64,000 nucleotides of DNA from Puniceicoccaceae bacterium (GCA_040830765.1 JBFOMH010000013.1:128001-192000), one strand, 5' to 3'; positions 1-10,165 are shown, counted from the first letter of the stretch. A program made the numbers and translations. Notes: generated by a model not told the origin, from the letters alone.

Positions 1-695
1 AACTGGCCTGAATTAACCCCTCCACCGGCTACCCGCAGCAAACCCTCTCCACAAAAAACCTCCAGCTGATTATCAAAAGGCGCGCTGAAAGTCGCGGTGC
101 CGGTTCCGGCTTCCTTGCGGATGAAACCTGTATTGATGACCGACGGGGGTACCGGCGGAAAGAGCAAATCGTTATCGTCGATACTGGAGCCGTCGAACAG
201 GAGGATAGTGTTCTTGTTCTCGAAGCGGGCACTGTTCTTCATGAACAACTGGTTGATGGTCAACGTCCCATCGTTGATCACAGTAAGCTGTTCAAAACCG
301 TTCCCCTGGCCGCCTCCGATAATTCCGCTTTCCACTATCCTGACAGTGCCTGTTCCATCCAGGGTACCACCGAGGATCATTGTGCTCGTGGTCAGGCTGT
401 TATCCTGGTTGATAACAATCCTCGCGGACCCCAGCGCTTCCAGTGCCGAAATGACGATGTCGCTTCCGACATTGACCAGCGCACCCTCAATGCGCGCACC
501 CTCCGTGATGGAATCCGGAACCAGGTTGGGATTCCAGTTTGTCGGACTCTCCCAAACGGCTCCACTTTCCCCGACATACGTGCGGAATTCCTGGGCCTGC
601 AAACTTGCGCCCATGAATGCGAGAAACAGGAGTGGTAAACGGATTGCATTGAAAACTCGATACAACAGGCAGAGGTCGTTCATAGGAAATGTCAT
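1..695 (-). CDS. Secreted beta-strand-rich protein (autotransporter passenger/adhesin-like), 5' part only; runs off the window edge
   Basis: Not in the ORF track because there is no stop in the window. Manual translation from ATG 695 is open to base 1: MTFPMNDL..RLPLLFLAFMGASLQA/QEFRTYVGESGAVWESPTNWNPNLVPD..VINDGTLTI..NTGFIRKEAGTGTATFSAPFDN. Signal peptide, W-x4-NW motif, G/T/N-rich repeats. Confidence 0.7.
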   Translation of the reverse strand, partial: MTFPMNDLCLLYRVFNAIRLPLLFLAFMGASLQAQEFRTYVGESGAVWESPTNWNPNLVPDSITEGARIEGALVNVGSDIVISALEALGSARIVINQDNSLTTSTMILGGTLDGTGTVRIVESGIIGGGQGNGFEQLTVINDGTLTINQLFMKNSARFENKNTILLFDGSSIDDNDLLFPPVPPSVINTGFIRKEAGTGTATFSAPFDNQLEVFCGEGLLRVAGGGVNSGQ

Positions 696-758
696 TTTAC
701 TTATTAATAAAATAAGTCAAGGTTGGGAACATGTTTGGTTTCAGGTAGGTAATATAAA

Positions 759-783
759 GGCGCGGCCCAAGCTGGGCCGCGCC
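759..783 (-). terminator. Intrinsic terminator of the M6 protease gene
   Basis: Perfect 11-bp stem GGCGCGGCCCA-AGC-TGGGCCGCGCC followed by TTTATATT on the minus strand, 25 nt after the stop codon. Confidence 0.75.
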
Positions 784-808
784 CGATAATTGACTGCTGC
801 AAGACAAA

Positions 809-3800
809 TCAGAAGGCGACGGTAACAATGTCCGAACAGACGGAATTGTCATCAGCACAGACCTGATAATCGATAATGGGCCCACCCTTGAGATTTGTGT
901 TATCCGTGTAGGCTCCATCCGCCCGCGGCACAGTGGCTATCGTTTCCCAGATTCCACCATCCACGCTGCGCAGGATGTCGACTGTCTCGATTGACGAACC
1001 ACCCTGCCAGGTGAGATCAACGACGGCCTTGCCCCGCTTCTTGGATCCGGCGGCTTGCAGGGCAATGCCATCCGGGGTTGTGACAGGACCGCTGATATTG
1101 GATGCCGCACTGAAGCTGGCCGTGTAGGCAACAACCTGGTACCAGTAGGTGCCATTGGGAATGGCTGTGCCATCGGTGAACTCGGACGCATCCACCGGTG
1201 CAACACCGATTTCAGTGAAACTGGTCCCATCGGTCGAACGCATGACCCGGAAGCCCCGCTCGTTGGTGGAATTATCGGACCAAGTCAGCTGTACTTCAGC
1301 CGAGGAAACAACCGCTGCTAAAAGGCCGCTTGGTGCACTGGGAGGGGAATCATTGGGATCCAGGTCCGTTCTGAGGAACAGCTGATCGATACGAACGGAG
1401 TCCAGACTGCGGTAACCCTGAGTCCCGTCGCTGTCAACAACCCGGACTAGCATGTCGGCCGGATCACTAGTCGGCAGAGCACCCGAGTAGATCGTCCCCG
1501 GGTTACTGTTCTGGGGAACTGTCAAGGTGGTTGTCCAGCTGTTGCCACCATCGGTGGAGACCTCGAAATGGAAATCATCTCCTTCAGAGTTGGCGGGTGC
1601 CCAGGCATTGGCAAAAAGCGTGATGGCGAGGCCGCCACGGACACCCGGGAAAGACCATTGGTGCTCGGCAAAGGATCGGCGCCGGCTGGGTTTACCTCCT
1701 GACTCCTCCTCTGTAATGACCTGTTCGATACCATCAGCTTCATGAGTGTCCGAATAACTGCCCTGCACCGACCCGGAAACAGGAACGTCCTGCGCCGCAA
1801 ATGCATCCACCCAAGCAGGAGGAGGATCTGTCGTAGTGAAGGTTGTATTGGAACCACTCTCGCCCCAGGCGTTACTGGAGAACACCTGATACGTGTAGGT
1901 TGTATCCGCCATCAGGCCGGTATCCTGATAGGATGTGGAACCAGCGGCCAGGGTGGCCACCTCGATCCAAGTCACATTGTCGGTTGTCCGCCGTAAAATG
2001 AAGGCGTCCTCATTATTTGAATTGTCCAGCCAGGAAAGACTGATAGCGGCATCAGAATCCGTTGTTGCGACTAGCCCGGAGGGCGCAGCAGGTGGTGGAG
2101 GCGGTGGCGCAGTGGTTGCCGAATCCGGAGAAGTGTAGGCGGAATTGCCGGCAATATTGGAGGCCCGGACCCGATAGTGATAGGTCGTGGACGGGGTCAG
2201 GCCTGTGTCGGTGTATCCTGTCACATCAGTCGCCACGGAAGCGATCTCACCCCATGCAATTCCATCCGGCGAACGCTCGATCCTGAAACTCGACTCATCA
2301 CTTGAGTTGTCGAGCCAGGAAATATCGATCGATTCGTAGGAAGCAGAAGTGGCCACCAGGGCAGAGGGAGCCAAGGGGGGGGTCGTAGGTGTGCCAACCA
2401 CCTCATAGGAGAAGGACATGGTCGGACCCGAGGCACTGATGTCATAGATGCGATTATTCGTCTGCACGAAAACATTCCCCTGATAAGCGTCAGTATTCGG
2501 CCACGGACCCGTATTCGGATTCACGGATACGGTAAGTTCATTGTTTCCGCCGGCATGCCAGGTGTCGTAGCGGTCACCGCGGTCACGCCCCTGCTCAAGG
2601 TCATAGGCCCCATCCGCCTGCAGGACAGCAACCCGGTAATGGCTGCCAGACCAGACCCCACCGGAGGGGAAGCCTTCAATGTTGTAACCTGCGGACTCAT
2701 CGATGTGCCAGATAACCATTCCACCCTGGGGCATCGCCCAATCAAATCCAGTCGGCTGGCGATTCTCCAGCAGCAGGTATTCACCGGATGGATACCCATG
2801 GTCGATGCGATATGCCTCGGAATGGAATTCCGCTTCATTGAGAGTGTAAGTCCCCGCTGTGTCCAGGATTGTCGGGCTCAACCAACCCAATCGGACCTTG
2901 CTCCAGGGACACATGTGCGGAGGCGACTTCTGGGAACCATCGAATCCCCAGGAATTTGCCATCAGGCCAAAGGAACCGATCCCCTCCCCGGGACTACTGT
3001 CGGTGTCATAAAGGTCGGGCAATCCAAGGAAATGACCTGTTTCATGCGCGATAACCCCGATGCGCCCAATCGCAGAGCCGCTCGTTCCCCAGACTGCCGG
3101 GCTGATATGGTAATTACTGACCGCAACGCCTTCCTGGCTGGTCCAGCCACCGGAGATAGTCCACTTGTGTGACCAGATGCGGTCAATGTAATTGGTCCCG
3201 TAGGCATCGTTCCCACCCCACTCTGCACCATATCCCGAGTGGAGAAAAGTGATGGAATCAATGAGCCCATTCCCGTCCAGGTCAAACTCACTGAAATCAA
3301 TCAAGGCATCGACTTTGGTCAGGGCATCCTTTAACGCCGCATGGATGAGCGACGTCAATCCCCTGTTTCCGTTGGCATAATAGGTCTCTGTGTTATCAGA
3401 GGTTACCCATACGGCGACTGTCGATTCAAGTGACAAGGTGCCATAGGAGTTTTCCAAGTATACATCCCGCACGCTGCCTGTCGGGGCAAGGACGGGATCA
3501 CCGCCCGGGGCATTCATGAGTATGTCGATGTCCGACTCTGAAGGAATCGTTCTACCGGCATGGTCCGACCAACGGATCAGGACAACCAGGTTCTTCAGTA
3601 CTCCCGACGTTGCTGAAGCCAAGGTAGGACCTTCGCTTCCCGCACTTCCAGAGGTTCCGTCACTGGTTTGCGGGAAACCGTGGGCACGGGCGCGCTCCGA
3701 CATGACCTTGGCCGAGGGCAATTCGCCCGGCTTGAGACCACGCGCCTTGGGATTGTCAACTCCCACCCGTAATCCGCTTGATACAAGCCGTCCCGTAGCC

Positions 3801-4063
3801 TGGTCACGTTTTCCATAGACATACCAGCCCCGGTCACGGATGACCGTGAAGCCGTGAATGTCCTGTTCAAAACTGAACCACTCGTCACCGCGAACCTGTA
3901 ACCGGATCTCCTGGCCATCCGGTTGCTGGACGACGTATGGGTCTGGATTGGCCTGAATGGCAAAGACCGTAGCGGCTGGGATTAAGCAGCCGATGAGCAT
4001 GAATAATTTGGGCAGCGAAAAAGCAACTACACCCAAGCGACGATTGTGTGTGAACCGTTTCAT
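809..4063 (-). CDS. M6 family (immune inhibitor A-like) secreted metalloprotease with fibronectin type III repeats
   Basis: Propeptide QPDG..RGDEW; zinc motif AHETGHFLGLPDLYD; GIGSFGLMANSWG; EYLLLENRQ; three P.APS.L..W.DNS..E FN3 repeats. Start placed at ATG 4063 (signal peptide follows). Confidence 0.9.
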   Translation of the reverse strand: MKRFTHNRRLGVVAFSLPKLFMLIGCLIPAATVFAIQANPDPYVVQQPDGQEIRLQVRGDEWFSFEQDIHGFTVIRDRGWYVYGKRDQATGRLVSSGLRVGVDNPKARGLKPGELPSAKVMSERARAHGFPQTSDGTSGSAGSEGPTLASATSGVLKNLVVLIRWSDHAGRTIPSESDIDILMNAPGGDPVLAPTGSVRDVYLENSYGTLSLESTVAVWVTSDNTETYYANGNRGLTSLIHAALKDALTKVDALIDFSEFDLDGNGLIDSITFLHSGYGAEWGGNDAYGTNYIDRIWSHKWTISGGWTSQEGVAVSNYHISPAVWGTSGSAIGRIGVIAHETGHFLGLPDLYDTDSSPGEGIGSFGLMANSWGFDGSQKSPPHMCPWSKVRLGWLSPTILDTAGTYTLNEAEFHSEAYRIDHGYPSGEYLLLENRQPTGFDWAMPQGGMVIWHIDESAGYNIEGFPSGGVWSGSHYRVAVLQADGAYDLEQGRDRGDRYDTWHAGGNNELTVSVNPNTGPWPNTDAYQGNVFVQTNNRIYDISASGPTMSFSYEVVGTPTTPPLAPSALVATSASYESIDISWLDNSSDESSFRIERSPDGIAWGEIASVATDVTGYTDTGLTPSTTYHYRVRASNIAGNSAYTSPDSATTAPPPPPPAAPSGLVATTDSDAAISLSWLDNSNNEDAFILRRTTDNVTWIEVATLAAGSTSYQDTGLMADTTYTYQVFSSNAWGESGSNTTFTTTDPPPAWVDAFAAQDVPVSGSVQGSYSDTHEADGIEQVITEEESGGKPSRRRSFAEHQWSFPGVRGGLAITLFANAWAPANSEGDDFHFEVSTDGGNSWTTTLTVPQNSNPGTIYSGALPTSDPADMLVRVVDSDGTQGYRSLDSVRIDQLFLRTDLDPNDSPPSAPSGLLAAVVSSAEVQLTWSDNSTNERGFRVMRSTDGTSFTEIGVAPVDASEFTDGTAIPNGTYWYQVVAYTASFSAASNISGPVTTPDGIALQAAGSKKRGKAVVDLTWQGGSSIETVDILRSVDGGIWETIATVPRADGAYTDNTNLKGGPIIDYQVCADDNSVCSDIVTVAF

Positions 4064-4251
4064 AAGACAGCAGATTTGAGTTATTAGAAGGTCCCGCGAA
4101 GTTTGCAGCTGCGGGATTGTGGACAATGAAGACAACAAAAGTTGAGGTCTTTACCCTATGAAATGCGCCGCGAGGGTCAAGCTCAATAGCCGCCCTCAAG
4201 GCCCATGAAAACTGGCAAAATTCTCTTTTACCAATTTTTTAAACCACTCTT

Positions 4252-5094
4252 TCAGAGGGCTTCTACAGCTTGGCTGACGGCTTTTTCCAAATCATCGCCG
4301 CGCAGATCCTTGGCGATGATTTTCCCCTCCGGACCGATGAGGTAAGTAGTTGGAATACTGCTCACCGCGTATTTGTTGGAAAGCTCGTTGTCCCAGCCCT
4401 TTCCATCATAATACTGCGGCCAGTCCATTTTGTTTTCCGCTATAAAGGATTCCAGCTTTTCCTTGTCCTTGTCGAGGCTGATACCGATAATTTCAAAACC
4501 ACTGTCATTAAATTCCTGATACGTTTCCAGGAGATGAGGGAGCTCGGCGATACAGGGCGGACACCATGTGGCCCAAAAGTCGATCAGGACAACCTTGCCC
4601 TTGTAATCCGCAAGGGAGATGGCCTTACCCTCAAGATCGGAAAAAGAGAGGTCGGGAAAGACACCACCGACCTGCAAGGACTCCAGCATGTCGATCTGGG
4701 CGACCAGCTTTTCCACTTTGGCGATCAGTTCAGTGTCTGTAAAATCGCTTAAAATGCGTTCATATTCCTGGCGGGCAGCAGGCAGGTCGTCGAGGATGTT
4801 CTGGTAGACCATGCCCTTGAAGATCAGTACAGAGAAACGCTCTTGCTGCATCCCGGCATCAATCTTGTCATAAAGGGTATCCAGTTCATTCAGATACTTG
4901 GCATATTCCACGGCGTCCGTTTCACCGCTGCGGTACATGGAGAGAATAGTCTGCATCGCCGCTTTCAGCTCCCTGGCCGGAGCGGCATTCTCCGGTGCAG
5001 TCGTGTCGCCATCACTGGCAGGCTCTGTTTCTGCACCAAGGGGAAGGAGGAACGCACTGAAAAGGATAAGGATAAAGGAAATCCGTTTGAACAT
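4252..5094 (-). CDS. TlpA/ResA-like thiol-disulfide oxidoreductase with N-terminal helical (TPR-like) region
   Basis: Signal peptide; KGKVVLIDFWATWCPPC; SIPTTYLI. Confidence 0.88.
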   Translation of the reverse strand: MFKRISFILILFSAFLLPLGAETEPASDGDTTAPENAAPARELKAAMQTILSMYRSGETDAVEYAKYLNELDTLYDKIDAGMQQERFSVLIFKGMVYQNILDDLPAARQEYERILSDFTDTELIAKVEKLVAQIDMLESLQVGGVFPDLSFSDLEGKAISLADYKGKVVLIDFWATWCPPCIAELPHLLETYQEFNDSGFEIIGISLDKDKEKLESFIAENKMDWPQYYDGKGWDNELSNKYAVSSIPTTYLIGPEGKIIAKDLRGDDLEKAVSQAVEAL

Positions 5095-5277
5095 AATGGT
5101 GGGCCTTTCGAAATGAAGTTGTTAAATTACCCTGATACGGGAATGTCTGGGTATTTAGCTGAACCAGAATCTGGAATCAAGGGCATTCAGGAACTTCCTG
5201 CTTTCCTGCATCATGATGTGGAGGCGAATCGACCCCGTGGCTTGCGGAAATGTCAACCAGCCCCTATTTGTTCGACC

Positions 5278-6359
5278 ATGCAAGCAAAGAGAAAACGTCT
5301 GCTGGAGCCTATGAAAATGGGTGACTGGGACCTTCCCAACCGTTTCATAATGGCACCCCTTACCCGATGCCGGGCCAGCGCTGGACGCGTCCCAAACGCC
5401 CTCATGGCCCAGTATTACGCCCAGCGGGCCTCAGCAGGCCTGATTATCTCGGAGGCCACTGCGGTGACCCCGATGGGAGTTGGTTACCCGGACACCCCGG
5501 GCATCTGGGCGGAGGAGCAAGTAGCAGGATGGAAGCTCGTTACCAAGGCGGTCCACGAAGCCGGCGGACGGATAATTTGCCAATTGTGGCACGTTGGACG
5601 CATTTCTGATCCATACTATCTCGACGGGAAAACTCCCGTAGCTCCGAGTGCTGTCCGACCGGAGGGTTACGTCAGTGTCATCCGCCCCAAAAAGCGATTT
5701 GTCACCCCGCGAGCCCTGGAACGGGAGGAAATCCCGGAAGTTGTGGAGGCGTACCGGAAAGGGGCCGAAAACGCCCTCCGGGCCGGATTTGACGGCGTGG
5801 AACTGCACGGGGCCAACGGCTATCTGCTCGACCAGTTCCTGAGGGACTGCACCAACAAACGGACAGATGATTATGGTGGCTCCATCGAAAACCGGGCCCG
5901 CCTGATGCTGGAAACCGTTGACGCAGCCATTTCGGTCTGGGGGGCGGGCAAGGTTGGCCTCCACATCTCCCCCCGCAGCGAGGGTGAGGATTACAGGGAT
6001 TCAACGCCAGCAGAGACCTATGGTCATGTGGCCCGGAGGCTGGCAAACGGGGCATTGCCTTTATTTTCGCCCGGGAGTCCCTTGAAGAACCGCGTCTCGG
6101 GCCGGCACTAAAATCAACCTTTGGCGGTACTTACATTGCCAATCAGGGCCTTACGCTGGCCCAGGGCGAAGCATTACTGGAGGCTGGCGAGGCCGACGCG
6201 ATATCATGGGGCCAACTCTACATTGCCAATCCGGACTTGGTGCGACGGCATGAGCTCGACGTACCGCTGAATGAACCGGATCCGTCAACTTTCGGGGCCA
6301 ATGCACAAGGTTCGGCCCGGGGGTACACGGATTACCCGACATTGGAAGAGAACGAATGA
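5278..6359 (+). pseudogene. Alkene reductase (Old Yellow Enzyme, XenB/NemA-like) split by a 1-nt frameshift near 6045
   Basis: MAPLTRCRA, QLWHVGR, ELHGANGYLLDQFL, RTDDYGGSIENRAR in the first frame. The C-terminal OYE motifs (KRGIAFIFARE..YIANQG..ADAISWGQLYIANPDL..GYTDYP) continue in another frame to TGA 6359. Confidence 0.85.
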
Positions 6360-6769
6360 TTAAGAAGCGCCATTATATAAATTACCTTCTCCCTGCAGGA
6401 CTGCTGATCCTCCCGGCCATTGCCTTGTATCGTTCAGGATGGGACTTGCGATGGATTGGTGCCTACATCCTGGTCGTCAATGGAGTCACCTTCCTGACTT
6501 ACCGGCGGGACAAATTACGAGCCGGAACCGGCGAATGGCGCGTTCCGGAAAGGCGCCTTCACCTGCTGGAACTACTGGGTGGGTGGCCCGCCGCCTGGTT
6601 GGCCCGTGAAGTTCTCCGCCACAAGTCCGCCAAGCTCTCCTTCAGGATAGTTTCCTGGATGATTGTCGGGGCCTACCAACTATTGTCCCTGGACGCCTTG
6701 CTGGGCTGGCCAGTCATGGAGGGACTGGTTGATTCCATTGATCTCATCCTGAAAAGCCGGGGCTCTTGA
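6356..6769 (+). CDS. DUF1294 family membrane protein
   Basis: Y..DK.RA..GEWRVPERRLHLLELLGGWPAA..RHKSAK.SF; ATGA overlap with the OYE stop. Confidence 0.85.
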   Translation: MIKKRHYINYLLPAGLLILPAIALYRSGWDLRWIGAYILVVNGVTFLTYRRDKLRAGTGEWRVPERRLHLLELLGGWPAAWLAREVLRHKSAKLSFRIVSWMIVGAYQLLSLDALLGWPVMEGLVDSIDLILKSRGS

Positions 6770-6824
6770 ACTCAGGCTATCATTGGGATTCCTTGCCAAA
6801 TCCCATCTTACCACCAAGCTATCG

Positions 6825-7943
6825 ATGATGAAGCTTTGTCCGCTCACCCTGCTTTTGATATTCATGAACCTTAGTTACGCAGAAACAGTATTCTTCGGCA
6901 CCAACACCGGTGGCAACGGGAGTTCCAAGGGGATTTACGCAACCCGCTTTGACTCCGGGGCTGGCGCCTTTGCCAGCGAGGCCCGCCTTATGGCGGAAAT
7001 CCCGTTCCCCGGATTCCTCGCCAAGCATCCGAACCTGCCGGTCCTGTACTCGGTCAGCTCGGACCGGGTGGCCAGTTATCGCATTGTCGAAGGAGGCAGC
7101 CAGCCGGATCTGGAACCCCTGAATGCGGTTCCTTCAGGAACAGGCCGGGGGACACATCTCGATGTCCACCCTAACGGCAAGGCACTTGTCACCGTTCATT
7201 ACGGCGATGGGGATGTCGTGGTTTTTCCACTACAATCAGACGGAAGCATTGGCGAAAGGACCCAGACAATCGCATTAACGGCCTTCAGTGGCGTTAATCC
7301 AAAACGGCAGGAAGGACCGCATCCGCACAGCGTCTATTTTGATGATACGGGTGCCTTTGCCCTCATCCCCGACCTTGGAGCCGATGCGACCTACATCTTT
7401 CGCTTCAACAGTGAGAGCACGACCCTCACTCAGCAAGGTAAAGGAGATGCCTTACCGGGCGAGGGCCCGCGTCACATGAAGTTCTCGGTGGACAGTCGCT
7501 TCGTCTACGTTCTCAACGAGCTGGGCCTGTCGGTCGACTGCTTTGAATGGAATGCCCAAGAGGGCAGCCTGACCAAGGTTGGTTCAGCCCCTACCCTGAC
7601 AAAGGAGGAGCAGGCCGGATTCAACGATATCAAGGCTTCGGAGATTCGGATTCACCCCAACGGCAAGTTCCTCTACGCCGCCAACCGCGAACACGATTCC
7701 ATCAGCGTCTTCCGTATCCATCCGGAATCCGGACTCATCAAGCGGATACAACTTGTGCCAACCGTGGTCAGATGGCCGCGCAATTTCAATATCGACCCTG
7801 CCGGCCGGTGGCTTCTCTGCGCCGGCCAGAATTCGAACACGGTCGGCATCTTCGCCATCAACGAGGGATCGGGCGAGTTACTCTATAAGGAAGGATCCGA
7901 ATTAGACGTACCCCGGGCGATCTGCGTCCTCTTTGCGCCTTGA
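6825..7943 (+). CDS. Lactonase family protein (6-phosphogluconolactonase-like beta-propeller), signal peptide
   Basis: RQEGPHPHS, PDLGAD, GEGPRHMKF, YVLNEL, HPNGKFLYAANR, WPRNFNIDP. Confidence 0.88.
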   Translation: MMKLCPLTLLLIFMNLSYAETVFFGTNTGGNGSSKGIYATRFDSGAGAFASEARLMAEIPFPGFLAKHPNLPVLYSVSSDRVASYRIVEGGSQPDLEPLNAVPSGTGRGTHLDVHPNGKALVTVHYGDGDVVVFPLQSDGSIGERTQTIALTAFSGVNPKRQEGPHPHSVYFDDTGAFALIPDLGADATYIFRFNSESTTLTQQGKGDALPGEGPRHMKFSVDSRFVYVLNELGLSVDCFEWNAQEGSLTKVGSAPTLTKEEQAGFNDIKASEIRIHPNGKFLYAANREHDSISVFRIHPESGLIKRIQLVPTVVRWPRNFNIDPAGRWLLCAGQNSNTVGIFAINEGSGELLYKEGSELDVPRAICVLFAP

Positions 7944-7962
7944 GGGGGGAACCCTAATCGGT

Positions 7963-8238
7963 TCAAGCCTCGGCCGTAGTCGGATCGATCACCCTCCGGA
8001 CTTCCGCCACGCTGTTGGAGGGAAACTCACCCTTCCGGGCATGCTCGCGGACCATTTCCTCATTCGGGGCGATATAGACACAGTATATCTTGTTGTCCGT
8101 GACAAAACTCTGAACCCATTGGATTTGTGGGCCCAAATCATTGAGCACACTGCAGGACTTTTGCGAAATGGCCTGCAGTTGTTCGCCAGTCAAGTCACCG
8201 GCACCGGGAATTTCTCTTTCAATCACATACTTTGGCAT
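7963..8238 (-). CDS. DUF4242 family protein
   Basis: MPKYVIEREIPGAG..IQWVQSFVTDNKIYCVYIAPNEEMVREHA..FP. Confidence 0.85.
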   Translation of the reverse strand: MPKYVIEREIPGAGDLTGEQLQAISQKSCSVLNDLGPQIQWVQSFVTDNKIYCVYIAPNEEMVREHARKGEFPSNSVAEVRRVIDPTTAEA

Positions 8239-8329
8239 AATTGTTCCTTTTGTTTACTTGGTTACGGCTTGCGCCGACCATTAGGCCAATTTCGAAATTG
8301 AAGTCAATCCATCTCATGGACAATCCTGA

Positions 8330-8653
8330 TCACCCCGACAAGCCATCGAGCACCTGCTGCATCTGCTTGGCATATGCCTGCATGGCTCGCCGGCCCTTGG
8401 CGGTTAAACGGATTAGGGTCCGTGGCATGCGATTGACGAAATCCTTCCTGATCCCGACATATCCAGCCTCCTCCAACTTACCCAGGTTGACCGACAAGTT
8501 CCCCCGGGTGAGGCCGGTCTGGTTAAGCAAAAAGGTAAAGTCCGCCACTTTCACAACCGCCAGGCAACTCAGGATTGTCAGCCTTGCTGGCGCATGCACG
8601 GTCCGGTCGATTTCCCCGATAATCGTCACCGCCTCCTCACTCATCCCCGGCAT
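8330..8653 (-). CDS. Winged-helix transcriptional regulator (HTH_34/MarR-like)
   Basis: IDRTVHAPARLTILSCL..ADFTFL..GLTRGNLSVNLGKLEEAGYV.IRK.F..RMPRT..LT.KGR. Confidence 0.85.
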   Translation of the reverse strand: MPGMSEEAVTIIGEIDRTVHAPARLTILSCLAVVKVADFTFLLNQTGLTRGNLSVNLGKLEEAGYVGIRKDFVNRMPRTLIRLTAKGRRAMQAYAKQMQQVLDGLSG

Positions 8654-9257
8654 TCTCCTCGTTTGACGGTTGATTGCGGTACCGCATCAGAAACCGTATC
8701 AGGACAATTGTCCCGCAAGATACGATGATTACACCGGGAATGATGATTCCCATTTCCCGCGACACGCCTGCCAGCCGTGACAGCACCACCGAAAGAATGA
8801 CCACCGCGCTGTAGGCGTGCAACCGGACAGTGCCCAGCAACAGCCCAACGCTGCTGATCAAGACCGCGAAAATCAATCCCAGCATCAGGTAACCGCTTTG
8901 CTGCAGAATCCCCGGAAGCTCTCCCCCGGATACCACAACCGCATAGACCAGCACTCCCAGCAGGAAAGTCAGGCTGCCGAGCAGGAAAAGATAAATCAGT
9001 CCCCGCTTCTCCTTTGCCTTCCTCCCTTCGCTGAATTCCACATAGCCAAGCCGCTTCTCCGTGATGCCCCGCTTCGCCGCCAACCACAGCGGGTACGCCG
9101 TCGCCGCGAATATCGGGGCCAGCCAGGTCTGGTCAAATTGCATCCCCAATCCAAATAACAGGACCACCATTCCCAGCGCCAAGTCCGCCAGCCCGTCTCC
9201 GTGATACATCAAATAGGCCCGCTTCTCCAGGCTTTCCAGGCTCATTACCCGATCCAT
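8637..9257 (-). CDS. Integral membrane protein (about 6 TM), overlapping the wHTH gene
   Basis: DGLAD..G motif, IT.KRLGYVEF, several hydrophobic stretches. Confidence 0.75.
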   Translation of the reverse strand: MDRVMSLESLEKRAYLMYHGDGLADLALGMVVLLFGLGMQFDQTWLAPIFAATAYPLWLAAKRGITEKRLGYVEFSEGRKAKEKRGLIYLFLLGSLTFLLGVLVYAVVVSGGELPGILQQSGYLMLGLIFAVLISSVGLLLGTVRLHAYSAVVILSVVLSRLAGVSREMGIIIPGVIIVSCGTIVLIRFLMRYRNQPSNEENAGDE

Positions 9258-9281
9258 TTTTCTTCCCTCAATAATTGTTCA

Positions 9282-9310
9282 TAAATAGGTTTAGTTTTTA
9301 AACCTATTTA
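9282..9310. promoter_or_regulatory. Perfect 12-bp inverted repeat, candidate operator of the membrane protein/wHTH operon
   Basis: TAAATAGGTTTA-GTTTT-TAAACCTATTTA, AT-rich, 24 nt upstream of ATG 9257. Confidence 0.65.
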
Positions 9311-9367
9311 AAACAAGCAATCCGGATCAGTAAAGTCAAGCAGATCCGATAAAAAGCTCCGTTGGGC

Positions 9368-10165
9368 TCACCCGAGGGCGAACTCGATATCGACGCTGGG
9401 GTCGGATCCGACGAGGAGGTAGACGGTGGATGAAGAAACCCAACCGGCGGTCTCAAGGCCGCTGGAGCGGGCGACAGCATCAATTCCGCTGAACTGGTTG
9501 TCGGTCGCGTTATCGCGGTCAAGGAGGAAGAGGTGAACAATCCGACCATCCGCGGTATGGAAGCAGACGAGGGAGACATCAAGACCCTGCCATTGCAGCT
9601 GTTTACAGCCGATGGGGTCAAGATTGGTCAGGGCATCGGGCAGATCCTCATAGACAGGCGACTGCTTGCTCGACAACCAGGACCTGATGGAGTCGAGGTC
9701 CTGCGTGGTGTGGTCGAGCCGGAAATATACATCATTAATGTAGTAGGCCATACCATCGCGGAAGTGACTAAAGTCGTCGGGGCTGACCCCGCTGACCGAA
9801 TGCTGCAGATTCTGCACAATGGACTCGTTTTCCCGGAGTAACCAAAAGGTGCTGACAGAAACAAGCAGGGTAGCTGCAATCCCCCAACCAACAAGACGCA
9901 GCCTTCTTGCAGGTGACCGGCTTCCGGCAACCTTCTCATCCTCGCGGACCGTCTCCAGCAGCCTTGCCTCAAGGTCCTTGGGCACTGGAATGTCGGACAG
10001 AGCATCACGAAGAGCCGGGTCCATTTCCGTTTGCAATTGCATCCACTCGATCAGTTCCGGATCGGATTCCGCCAACTCGAGGGCACGTTGAATCTCAGGA
10101 TCGGCCTCCGAAGAGGAATCCTTCAAGTAGGCACTGAGTAGTTCCTTGGCACGTTGTTTGTTCAT
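9368..10165 (-). CDS. Putative transmembrane anti-sigma factor (DUF3379-like)
   Basis: Directly downstream of the ECF sigma with ATGA overlap; N-terminal helical domain (VPKDLEARLL), one TM, extracytoplasmic GCK..W..VSLVCF..VHLF. Confidence 0.75.
   Translation of the reverse strand: MNKQRAKELLSAYLKDSSSEADPEIQRALELAESDPELIEWMQLQTEMDPALRDALSDIPVPKDLEARLLETVREDEKVAGSRSPARRLRLVGWGIAATLLVSVSTFWLLRENESIVQNLQHSVSGVSPDDFSHFRDGMAYYINDVYFRLDHTTQDLDSIRSWLSSKQSPVYEDLPDALTNLDPIGCKQLQWQGLDVSLVCFHTADGRIVHLFLLDRDNATDNQFSGIDAVARSSGLETAGWVSSSTVYLLVGSDPSVDIEFALG

Noticed and set aside
97..789. 230-aa plus-strand ORF
   Set aside because: The opposite strand carries a more protein-like open frame with a signal peptide (1-695).
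4843..5277. Long N-terminal extension of the OYE ORF
   Set aside because: It overlaps the TlpA gene on the other strand; OYE homology starts near ATG 5278.
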